In this document: one piece after another, positions 56,228 to 64,000 of the stretch
Layout: each line of letters starts with the position of its first letter
Position numbering within the stretch: the first letter of the stretch is position 1
Origin: Chloroflexota bacterium
GTDB taxonomy: Bacteria > Chloroflexota > Dehalococcoidia > E44-bin15
Direction of reading: 5' to 3'
DNA: 64,000 nt
Assembly: GCA_034189655.1 (NCBI GenBank)
Contig: JAXHUE010000003.1
Location: forward strand, 35,969-99,968
The notes under the pieces: generated by a model
The model's database searches: none
What the model was told of the DNA's origin: nothing
Seen by the model: the letters and a program-made list of their open reading frames with translations, nothing else
Position numbers and translations under genes: made by a program

Positions 56228-58125
56228 TATCTCTTGCTCTTGGCCTCCATGGATGGGATGAGCTCAGGGAAGGAGCCGGCTATCCGCTCCGCTATGCCCG
56301 CGGCGTCGAGGTGGTACTGGGCCAGGAGCGCCCGTCGCGGGCCGTGCTCCACGAACTCGTCGGGGAGGCCGATGCGCTCGGTGCGGAGCCCCGGTATGGC
56401 ATAGTCCTCTAAGAGCGCGACGACGGCGCTGCCGAATCCGCCGCGGAGGGCGTTGTCCTCCACGGTGACGATGCGCCCCGTGCGCCGCGCGGCGTCCACG
56501 ATGAGCGCCTCGTCGAGCGGCTTGGCGAAGCGGGCGTTGAGCACGGAGCACTCCACCCCGCGCTCGGCCAGGGCGTCGGCCGCCTCCAGCGCCGCGGCCA
56601 CCGTGGAGCCTATGGCGACGATGGCCACGTCGTTCCCCTCACGGAGCTGCTCCCCGCGGCCGATAGCCAACTCGTGGAGCTCCCCGTCCAGGGGCACCCC
56701 CTGCGCCCTGCCCTTGGGGTAGCGGATGGCCACGGGGCGTCCCGCCCCCACCGCGGTGAAGAGCATGTGCTGGAGCTCGTTCTCGTCCTTGGGTGCCGCT
56801 ATCACTATATTGGGGATGGGGCCCAGGTAGGAGAGGTCGAAGGAACCCTGGTGGGTCTTGCCGTCCTCGCCCACGATGCCAGCGCGGTCGATGGCGAACA
56901 CCACCGGCAGGCCCTGGAGGCACACGTCGTGGATGACCTGGTCGATGGCCCGCTGCAGGAAGGTGGAGTACACCGCCACGATGGGGACATAGCCCCCGGT
57001 GGCCAGGCCCGCGGCCATGGTGACCGCGTGCTGCTCGCAGATGCCGGTATCGAACACCCTGGAGGGGAGCTCGTGGGCGGCGGTGGTCAGGCCCGTGCCC
57101 TCGATCATGGCCGCGGTGACCGCCACCACCCTGGGGTCCTCCCTCATGATGCGGAGCACGGTCTGCCCCACGACGTCGCTGTAGCTCGGCGCATCTTCAG
57201 CCGCTGCACCTTCGCTGCGTCGGGGCGACACACCGTGGAAGCCGATGGCGTCCTGCTCTGCCCCCGGGTGTCCCTTGCCCTTGGTGGTGACCACGTGGAC
57301 CACGATGGGCTTGCCGAAGTACCCCTTGGCCTTGTGCAGTGCCGTGTCCAGCTCGGCGATATCGTGCCCGTCGATGGGGCCGATGTAGGTGAACCCCATC
57401 TCGTCCCAGAACATAGAGGGGATGATGATACCTTTGAGCCCCTTCTTCACCCGCCTGAACAGGTAGCGCATCTCGTGGCCCAGGGGCACATGGGAGAGCA
57501 TGTGGTCCGCCTCTTCCTTGGCCCGGTAGTAGCGCCAGTTGAGGCGGCGCTGGGAGAACACCCTGGAGAGGGCGCCCACGCTGGGCGATATGGCCATCCC
57601 GTTGTCGTTGAGCACCACGATGAGCCTGGTGCCCAGGTGCCCCGCCTGGTTCAGGGCCTCGAAGGCCATGCCGCCGGTCATGGCGCCGTCGCCGATGACG
57701 GCGATGACGTGGTGTCTCTCCCCCCTCAGGTCGCGGGCGATGGCCATGCCCAGCGCTGCCGAGACCGAGGTGGAGGCGTGGCCGGCGCCGAAGCAGTCGT
57801 GGGGGCTCTCCGTGCGCTCGGTGAAGCCGCTCAAGCCCCCCTGCTGGCGGATGGTAGGGAACCGCTCGCGCCTGCCGGTGAGCAGCTTGTGGGCGTAGGT
57901 CTGGTGTCCTACGTCCCAGACGAGCTTGTCCCTGGGGCTGTCGAAGCAGCGGTGCAGGGCGATGGTGAGCTCCACCACGCCCAGGTTGGAGGCCAGGTGG
58001 CCCCCGGTGGCGGTGATGGTAGAGACGATGCGCTCTCTTATCTCGGCGGCGAGCTGCTCCAGCTCCGGGATGGAGAGCCGCTTTAAGTCGGCAGGCCCTT
58101 CGATGGTATCCAATAGTGTGGGCAT
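56227..58125 (-). CDS. dxs: 1-deoxy-D-xylulose-5-phosphate synthase
   Basis: TPP motif GDGAMTGGMAFEALN, DVGHQTYAHK. Start chosen at MPTLLDTIEGPADLKRL (58125) rather than 58179 to match the Dxs N-terminus and avoid overlap with rpiB. Confidence 0.9.
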   Translation of the reverse strand: MPTLLDTIEGPADLKRLSIPELEQLAAEIRERIVSTITATGGHLASNLGVVELTIALHRCFDSPRDKLVWDVGHQTYAHKLLTGRRERFPTIRQQGGLSGFTERTESPHDCFGAGHASTSVSAALGMAIARDLRGERHHVIAVIGDGAMTGGMAFEALNQAGHLGTRLIVVLNDNGMAISPSVGALSRVFSQRRLNWRYYRAKEEADHMLSHVPLGHEMRYLFRRVKKGLKGIIIPSMFWDEMGFTYIGPIDGHDIAELDTALHKAKGYFGKPIVVHVVTTKGKGHPGAEQDAIGFHGVSPRRSEGAAAEDAPSYSDVVGQTVLRIMREDPRVVAVTAAMIEGTGLTTAAHELPSRVFDTGICEQHAVTMAAGLATGGYVPIVAVYSTFLQRAIDQVIHDVCLQGLPVVFAIDRAGIVGEDGKTHQGSFDLSYLGPIPNIVIAAPKDENELQHMLFTAVGAGRPVAIRYPKGRAQGVPLDGELHELAIGRGEQLREGNDVAIVAIGSTVAAALEAADALAERGVECSVLNARFAKPLDEALIVDAARRTGRIVTVEDNALRGGFGSAVVALLEDYAIPGLRTERIGLPDEFVEHGPRRALLAQYHLDAAGIAERIAGSFPELIPSMEAKSKR

Positions 58126-58150
58126 CTCTATCGCCCCCAGGGTCACGACA

Positions 58151-58621
58151 TCATAGCAATGTGGGCCGAGCCCTGTCAAGCGTGCTGGACTCTATGGCCC
58201 TAATCTTCTCCACTCGTGCCGCGTGCCGGCCCCCCTCGAACTCGGCCTCGAGGTAGGCCTTCACGATATCCGTGGCGACGTCCTCCCCCAGCCCCGATGC
58301 CCCCAGGCAGAGCACGTTGGCGTCGTTGTGCTCCCGGCTGCGGCTGGCGCTTAGGGGCTGGTGGCACAGGGCGGCGCGTACGCCCGGCACCTTGTTGGCC
58401 GCCATGCTCATACCGATGCCGGTGGCGCATATGAGGATGCCGTGGCGGCAGCGCCCCTGGGCCACGGCACCGGCCGTAGCGGCGGCGATGTCGGGGTAGT
58501 CCACCGCCCCCTCGTCGTAGCAGCCCATGTCGAGAGGCGTGTGGCCCATCTCGGCGAGGCAGCCGATGAGATGCCTCTTCAGGTCGAGACCCCTATGGTC
58601 GCAGCCGATGGCTATGTCCAT
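58151..58621 (-). CDS. rpiB: Ribose-5-phosphate isomerase B
   Basis: MDIAIGCDHRGLDLKRHL N-terminus, 156 aa RpiB/LacAB fold. Confidence 0.85.
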   Translation of the reverse strand: MDIAIGCDHRGLDLKRHLIGCLAEMGHTPLDMGCYDEGAVDYPDIAAATAGAVAQGRCRHGILICATGIGMSMAANKVPGVRAALCHQPLSASRSREHNDANVLCLGASGLGEDVATDIVKAYLEAEFEGGRHAARVEKIRAIESSTLDRARPTLL

Positions 58622-59240
58622 GGCCGTCCTCCTCGAGAGTGGTCACCGGGCACACCCTCTCTATCTCCTCGCGGGGCAGTGCCCCCTGGCGCAGGATGGT
58701 GGGCGTCTGCGCGGTGAGGTCGAGCACCGTGGACTCGACACCGCCGGGGCAGCGCCCGCCGTCGACGATGATGTCGATGTGCCCCCCCAGTTGCAGGTGC
58801 ACGTCCCCCGCGGTGAGGGGGCTGGGGCCGCCGCTCCTGTTGGCGCTGGTGCCGGTGATGGGGTGGCCCAGGCCCTCGATCAGGGCGATGGGGGTGGGGT
58901 GCCTGGGTACCCGCACCGCTATACGGTCGCCGCCGCCGCTTAAGATGCTGGGTACAGAGGGCGCACGGTGCAGCACCAGGGTCAGGGGGCCGGGCAGGAA
59001 GCGCTCGGCGAGGAGCCACGCGATGTCGGGCACGCCCTGGGCCACGCTGGCGATCTGTGAGATGTGCGAAAGGAGCAATGGGAGTGCCATGGTCGGTGGC
59101 CGCTCCTTGGCCCGGTACACCCTGGCGATGGCCTCCTCATTGCGGGCATCGGCCCCCAACCCGTACACAGTGTCGGTGGGAAAGGCGACGATACCCCCTC
59201 CTTTCAGGGCTTCGATGGCCTGCCGCGTCTCTACCTCCAT
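58593..59240 (-). CDS. tsaC: L-threonylcarbamoyladenylate synthase (TsaC/YrdC)
   Basis: GGIVAFPTDTVYGLGADA YrdC signature, 215 aa. 3' end overlaps the rpiB start by 29 nt. Confidence 0.85.
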   Translation of the reverse strand: MEVETRQAIEALKGGGIVAFPTDTVYGLGADARNEEAIARVYRAKERPPTMALPLLLSHISQIASVAQGVPDIAWLLAERFLPGPLTLVLHRAPSVPSILSGGGDRIAVRVPRHPTPIALIEGLGHPITGTSANRSGGPSPLTAGDVHLQLGGHIDIIVDGGRCPGGVESTVLDLTAQTPTILRQGALPREEIERVCPVTTLEEDGHGHSHRLRP

Positions 59241-59443
59241 CCTCCCTCTAGAGGCAGTATATCACAGAAGCGCGCCCCACGAAAGGATGGGTGGGCGAGT
59301 GCCGCTCGAGCGATGGCCGTACCGTCGTCGAAAAAAGGCCCATCTGTGCCACCACGGTGACCCTTTTCCCTGGGGGGGGCGTTGCCTGGCCATGTGTAGT
59401 ATAATAGGGACACATCCACATAGATATCGTGGGAGGTTTAGCG

Positions 59444-59908
59444 ATGCGGCAGATACGTGTCGACGAGGTGTTTGATCCCACAGAGAACCTCTGTACCATA
59501 GTGGATGAGAATGAGCCCTTCGACCGGGTGGTGGCCAGGCTCTCCGGACAGCGCCAGCTGCGCTGCGTGGTGGTGGTGGATAGCGAGTACAAGTTGCGGG
59601 GGGTTATCACCAGGCAGATAATACTGAGGTGGGCGCAGATGAAGCTGCGCGGCGGGGTTGACGAGCCTTCCTCTGACGTGATGGGGCTGGTGCGCCTGGC
59701 CTATGGCAGCAGCGCCGGCGCTGTGGCGCGGCCTACGCCGGGCATAAAGCTAAGCGATAGCATTGAGAGGGCGATACAGGTGATGATGGACACCGACCTC
59801 ATCGACATGCCGGTGGTCGATGACGACAATCACGTGCTGGGCGACCTCAGGCTCTCCGAGATCCTTTCCCAGATGATAGACATCACCGAGGGGGGGACCG
59901 AGGTGTGA
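59444..59908 (+). CDS. CBS-domain pair protein
   Basis: Two CBS motifs. ATG after GGGAGG (the ORF-track GTG 59429 lies inside the RBS). Confidence 0.6.
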   Translation: MRQIRVDEVFDPTENLCTIVDENEPFDRVVARLSGQRQLRCVVVVDSEYKLRGVITRQIILRWAQMKLRGGVDEPSSDVMGLVRLAYGSSAGAVARPTPGIKLSDSIERAIQVMMDTDLIDMPVVDDDNHVLGDLRLSEILSQMIDITEGGTEV

Positions 59909-59926
59909 GCTGGGGCCCCCTCTGCC

Positions 59927-60448
59927 CTACCCTCCCCCGCCCCCAAGCTGTTCCCTGGCCCTGGTGAGCAGCTCCTCCTCGCTGCTGGCGTGGGCCTCCA
60001 GCAGGTTGGCGGTATGGCGCATATAGGCGCGGATGCCCCAGGCCTTTGCCTGCCACACCTCCAGGCTTGTCTGCTCCGAGAGCAGCTCGGCGACGTCCTT
60101 TCTCAAGGTGGCGATGCGCTGTCGCAGCTCCTGGTGCTCGCCGAGGAGCGCCGCGAGCGCCCCGGCCATGGCCTTGTTCGCCTGCCGCTCGAAGGCGCCG
60201 AGGAGGGCCCGCTCCTCGCGCTGGAAGTGCTCCTCCAGCCCGGCCTGGAGCGTGACCAGCGACTCCTGGAGGCGCTCCATGGCCGCTCTCTGGCCGCCCA
60301 GCCTTCCCGGCGTCATTTGCTCCCTGGCCTCGCTCAGCCACATGCTGGCACACACGTCCTCGGCGATGGTCTGCGAGTCGAGGGCGCAGTGCAGCACCGA
60401 CTTGTGCTCTTCTATGGTCTTATCTACGGTAGCGATGATGTCTTCCAT
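59927..60448 (-). CDS. Hemerythrin HHE cation-binding domain protein
   Basis: H...E/HxxxEE spacing (IEEHKSVLH ... LEEHFQREERALL ... EAH). Start at internal Met (MEDIIATVD). Confidence 0.4.
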   Translation of the reverse strand: MEDIIATVDKTIEEHKSVLHCALDSQTIAEDVCASMWLSEAREQMTPGRLGGQRAAMERLQESLVTLQAGLEEHFQREERALLGAFERQANKAMAGALAALLGEHQELRQRIATLRKDVAELLSEQTSLEVWQAKAWGIRAYMRHTANLLEAHASSEEELLTRAREQLGGGGG

Positions 60449-60578
60449 GGTGCACCTCTTTTTTCGATGGGGCGTTTCGGGGGCAGGCAGCCGCCCCCGA
60501 TGCCATTGTAGCGGTACGCTCGAAGTCCTCCCCGGCCAGTAGAGCGATGCGTCTTCCCCCACGCGTCATATCGTCCCC

Positions 60579-61427
60579 CTAGATGAACTCGTCGAGCAGT
60601 GCCTCGGCCGCTGTCGGGTCGAGGGCGCGCCCCACCAGGGGCCCCTTTGCCAGGGCGGGGAGCCGCTCCTCGAAGGTGGGCCGCTCCTCCAGGTAGAGCA
60701 CCCCGATGGGGATGTGGTCGCCCCACTCCCAGGCCCGTGCCATGGCCGTCTCCTTGTCGCGGGGGTTGTAGTCGTCGCCCAGCGCGTAGACCCGTTGCCG
60801 GTACCAGTCGAAGGTATTCTTCGCGTTGAAGGTGGGGCAGGGCTGGAGCGTGTCGATGAGGGCGAGGCCGCGGTGCCTGATGCCCACCATGATGGTATGG
60901 GAGAGGTGGTCTATGTCCCCGGCGAAGCTGCGGGAGACGAAGGTGCCGCCGGCGGCGATGGCCAGGGCCATGGGGTTTAACGGGACGTCGGCACCCTGGG
61001 GCGTGGTCTTGGTGACGAAGCCCAGGTCGCTGGTAGGGGATGCCTGCCCCTTGGTGAGGCCGTAGACCTGGTTGTTGTGCACGATGTAGGTGATGTCGTG
61101 GTTACGGCGCAGGGCGCTCAAGAAGTGGTTCCCCCCCTCGCCGTAGCCGTCGCCGTCGCCGCCGATGGCGATGACGATGAGCTCCGGGTTGGCCACCTTG
61201 GCCCCGGCGGCCACGGGCAGGGTGCGCCCGTGGAGGCTGTTGAACACGTTGCCCCTGGTGTAGTGGGGCGTCTTCCCCGCCTGCCCGATGCCCGATACCA
61301 TGAGCACGCGGTGTGGCTCTATCTCCAGGGCCACCAGCGCCCGCTTCAGCGCGGTGAGGATGCCGAAGTTGCCGCACCCCGGGCACCATGCCGTCTTGGG
61401 CCCGGCGTAGTCCTTCAAGGTCACCAT
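60579..61427 (-). CDS. korB: 2-oxoacid:ferredoxin oxidoreductase beta subunit (TPP-binding)
   Basis: WCPGCGNFGI N-terminus, GDG...N TPP motif. Confidence 0.85.
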   Translation of the reverse strand: MVTLKDYAGPKTAWCPGCGNFGILTALKRALVALEIEPHRVLMVSGIGQAGKTPHYTRGNVFNSLHGRTLPVAAGAKVANPELIVIAIGGDGDGYGEGGNHFLSALRRNHDITYIVHNNQVYGLTKGQASPTSDLGFVTKTTPQGADVPLNPMALAIAAGGTFVSRSFAGDIDHLSHTIMVGIRHRGLALIDTLQPCPTFNAKNTFDWYRQRVYALGDDYNPRDKETAMARAWEWGDHIPIGVLYLEERPTFEERLPALAKGPLVGRALDPTAAEALLDEFI

Positions 61428-61428
61428 G

Positions 61429-63132
61429 TCACGCCACCCCCTCTCGTTTCAGCTCGCGCGCGATGGAGGCCGGGGTGAAGGGGCGCCCGTCGAACTTGAG
61501 GATGCTCCCCGTGACCGCCTTGCCGGTCTCGGCGCGGATGAGTCGTGCCAGCTGTCCGCTGGCGTTGTTCTCCACCGTAAAGCACCTTCCCGTGGCCTGT
61601 AGGGCCTCGGCCACCTGGGTTGCGGGGAAGGGCCACAACTCGCTCACGTGGAGCATGGCGACATCGAGGCCCTCGCCGCGCAGGCTGTCCACCGCCTCGC
61701 GGAGCGCGCCGCGGGTGCTGCCCCACCCGATGAGGGTGACCTCGGCCTGGGGCGGCCCGTAGCTATAGGGAGGGGCCACCTCCTGGCGCAGGCCGTCGAG
61801 CTTGCGCTGCCGCTTGAGCACCTGCTCCGTCCTGGTGGCGGCGGCCTCGGTGAGGTGTCCCCACTCGTCGTGCTCGTCGCTGTCGGTGACCACCAGGGCT
61901 GGGCCCTGCAGTGGCAGTGCCCGCGGCGATACGCCGTCGGGGGTGACGAGGTGCCGCCTGTAGTCGCCGTCGGTCTCCGCGGCCGAGAGGAGCGCCCCGC
62001 GGTCGATGCTCACCTGGGAGAGGTCGAACCTGTCCACCGTGGTGTAGGAGCTGGCCAGGTGCTGGTCGGTGAGCAGTATCACCGGTATCTGGTACCTCTC
62101 GGCGATGTTGAATGCCTTGACGGTGAGCCAGAAGGCCTCCGCGACGTCCCCCGGAGCCAGGACGGCGCGCTGGGCATCGTCGTGGTGGGCGTGGAGGGCG
62201 AAGAGGAGGTCGCCCTGCTCCGTCCTGGTGGGGAGCCCCACCGCCGGGCCTGGCCGCTGTGCGTCCACGATGACCAGCGGCGTCTCGGTGATGGCGGCCA
62301 GGCCCAGCCCCTCCACCATGAGGCAGAACCCGCTGCCTGATGTAGCGGTGAGGGCGCGGGCGCCGGCGAACCCGGCCCCGACGGCCATGGTGATGGCCGC
62401 GATCTCGTCCTCGGCCTGCACCACGGCCAGCCCCAGCCCCTCCGAGTGGCCTGCCAGGTACTCCATTATCGAGGTGGCGGGGGTCATGGGGTAGGCCGAC
62501 ATGAAGGTACAGCCGGCGGCGACCGCCCCCAGTGCGATGGCCTCGTTCCCGTTGAGCAGCAGCCTGGTGCCGTCGCCCCGCGGTGACACGTCGCGGTCCA
62601 GCCTCCGCCCCGCGCTGCGGGCGAACTCATAGCCGGCCTCGGCCGCCCGCACGTTATCCTCCGCCGACTCGCCGTGGCCGAACTGGTGGCGCACCACGTC
62701 GCTCAAGATGGCCAGGTCGAAGCCGGCGACCCCCGCGGCCACGCCCAGGGCCACCGTGTTGGCCATGCGCCTGCCCCCGGCCTGCTGCTCGGCGAGCCGC
62801 TCCAGGGGCACGGCGAAGCGGTCGCCTGTGCCCGTGGCCACGGCCTCGTCGCAGATGATGACCCCTCCCGGTGCCAGCTCCCCCCGGTGGTGCTCGATGG
62901 TGTCCTCGTTGAGCGCAAGCAGGATGTCCACCGTCTCGGATGCCGCCGACACCTCTGCGTCGGCGACGCGCACGCGGAAGAAGTTATGGCCGCCCCTCAC
63001 CCTCGACTCGTAGTCCTGGTCGGCGAACACGTGGAACCCGGCGTGGGCGAAGGCGCGGGCGAGGATCATGCCCATGGTCTGTACCCCCTGGCCGGCCTCG
63101 CCCCCGACCATGATAGTGAGCCTCGTCTCCAT
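61429..63132 (-). CDS. korA: 2-oxoacid:ferredoxin oxidoreductase alpha subunit (fused gamma-alpha)
   Basis: N-terminal gamma-like domain (IMVGGEAGQGVQT) fused to alpha domain (SAYPMTPAT). Start at METRLTIMV. Confidence 0.8.
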   Translation of the reverse strand: METRLTIMVGGEAGQGVQTMGMILARAFAHAGFHVFADQDYESRVRGGHNFFRVRVADAEVSAASETVDILLALNEDTIEHHRGELAPGGVIICDEAVATGTGDRFAVPLERLAEQQAGGRRMANTVALGVAAGVAGFDLAILSDVVRHQFGHGESAEDNVRAAEAGYEFARSAGRRLDRDVSPRGDGTRLLLNGNEAIALGAVAAGCTFMSAYPMTPATSIMEYLAGHSEGLGLAVVQAEDEIAAITMAVGAGFAGARALTATSGSGFCLMVEGLGLAAITETPLVIVDAQRPGPAVGLPTRTEQGDLLFALHAHHDDAQRAVLAPGDVAEAFWLTVKAFNIAERYQIPVILLTDQHLASSYTTVDRFDLSQVSIDRGALLSAAETDGDYRRHLVTPDGVSPRALPLQGPALVVTDSDEHDEWGHLTEAAATRTEQVLKRQRKLDGLRQEVAPPYSYGPPQAEVTLIGWGSTRGALREAVDSLRGEGLDVAMLHVSELWPFPATQVAEALQATGRCFTVENNASGQLARLIRAETGKAVTGSILKFDGRPFTPASIARELKREGVA

Positions 63133-63249
63133 GGCTGTCCCCCTCTCGTCGGGGCGGCCCATTCTCTGTGGCCACCCCTCGCTCCCACCTGGCCGTCTCA
63201 TGCGTTATGACAAGTAATGCCCCGCCTCCGATGGGGTATCGGCTATGTA

Positions 63250-63705
63250 CTAGTTCTCCGCGAGGAAGAGCTCATCGTAGAGCAGCTCCAGCCTGAGCTT
63301 GTGCGTGAGCTCCTCGTGCACCATCCGCTGGCACAGTGCCTTGGCGTCGGGGTTTCGCAGTGCGCCCATCATCCGCGAGTAGAACTCCACGCTCTCCTGC
63401 TCCCGCTTCATGGCGAAGAGGAGCGTTTCCTGGAGCCCGGCCCCTGCCAGCGAGTCGCCGCCAGCCAGGTACTCGCTGATCATGAGGTGGGGCACCCGCT
63501 CCCGGTGCCAGTCGCCCCCCTGCCAGTCCTGCTCCTTGAGACCTTTCAGCACCTCTGAGTGGTGGTGCTCCTCCGCGGCCAGCTCCTTCATCAGGGCCTT
63601 GGCCCCGGGATCGTTGGTCCTCTCCTGCCCCGCGATGTAGTAGGCCTCGGAGGCGACCTCCTTGTACATGGCGGTCTCCAGGAGCTCACCGAGCTCGTCC
63701 TGCAT
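63250..63705 (-). CDS. Rubrerythrin/ferritin-like diiron-domain protein
   Basis: Two ExxH-containing helices (AAEEHHHSE..., VHEELTHK). Confidence 0.5.
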   Translation of the reverse strand: MQDELGELLETAMYKEVASEAYYIAGQERTNDPGAKALMKELAAEEHHHSEVLKGLKEQDWQGGDWHRERVPHLMISEYLAGGDSLAGAGLQETLLFAMKREQESVEFYSRMMGALRNPDAKALCQRMVHEELTHKLRLELLYDELFLAEN

Positions 63706-63809
63706 AGCGCACCCCCTCTGTGTACGGTATCGCTCTTCCCGGCCGCCCCTGCCGTGCCACCCGTGGTATCAACTATAGCTCCCGGGGCGTGCCCCCGATA
63801 GGACTTTCG

Positions 63810-64000
63810 TCATATCGGCCTGGCCCCACCTTCGAGGGCCCGCTCCAGCATATCGAGGAGCGCCTCCTCCCGGGCGGCGTGCTCCCCCACCAGGTGCCCG
63901 ATGCCGTCCACGGCCTGCTGTATGCGGGCGTCCTGTGCCATGGCCTCTTCCCGCCCCAGCCCCTCGGTGGTCATGGACGCCGCCATTGAGATGGCCCCCC
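63810..64000 (-). CDS. Hypothetical protein, 3' portion only (gene continues past the window end)
   Basis: Open minus-strand frame from the window edge to TGA at 63810-63812 (..HLVGEHAAREEALLDMLERALEGGARPI*). Confidence 0.3.
   Translation of the reverse strand, partial: GAISMAASMTTEGLGREEAMAQDARIQQAVDGIGHLVGEHAAREEALLDMLERALEGGARPI

Noticed and set aside
1-64000. Mobile elements, integrases, CRISPR arrays, tRNA genes
   Set aside because: No transposase/integrase-like ORFs, no short regularly spaced repeats and no cloverleaf-compatible segments were found in the intergenic regions (checked 21679-21902, 28537-28759, 43834-44034 and 46098-46355). Only ssrA was recognisable.

Overview
This is a high-GC (~70%) bacterial chromosomal segment with dense, mostly core-metabolic coding on both strands. 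Long antisense shadow ORFs typical of high-GC DNA are present throughout. Three things point to a Chloroflexi-type genome: a TIGR03662 (Chlor_Arch_YYY/DUF2298) + TIGR03663 membrane-protein pair, an archaeal-type cofactor-independent phosphoglycerate mutase, and an incomplete Wood-Ljungdahl acs cluster without a CODH catalytic subunit. Recognised content, in order: CDF transporter (5' partial), hemW, HDAC-family deacetylase, a nurA - small HAS-barrel-like gene - herA module, pabB, a 959-aa Cys-rich tandem-repeat secreted protein inserted between pabB and pabA-pabC, an MFS transporter, ftsY, a four-gene membrane cluster (TIGR03662, TIGR03663 GT-C-like, flippase-like, FAD oxidoreductase), nfnAB, a fused ferredoxin/GltD-like/formate-dehydrogenase catalytic subunit (Cys variant), mutS, a small zinc-ribbon ORF, mutL, an acs cluster (acsE, cooC, CoA-binding ACS-ADP-like, RACo, acsC, acsD, acsB), a YflT-like protein, ssrA (tmRNA) next to smpB, ctp, hflX, a dapL-like aminotransferase, a pentapeptide-repeat protein, dapF, miaA, tpiA, apgM, pgk, a second cooC, a DUF3795 protein, an ICMT-family methyltransferase, dxs, rpiB, tsaC, a CBS protein, a hemerythrin-like protein, korB/korA, a rubrerythrin-like protein and a 3'-partial ORF. 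I found no CRISPR array, transposase or integrase and no tRNA; the only RNA gene is the tmRNA. The two most unusual loci are the nurA - HAS-barrel - herA triad and the giant Cys-rich tandem-repeat exported protein, which has its own strong promoter and terminator and splits the pab operon. Next in interest are the TIGR03662/03663 membrane cluster and the CODH-less acs cluster.
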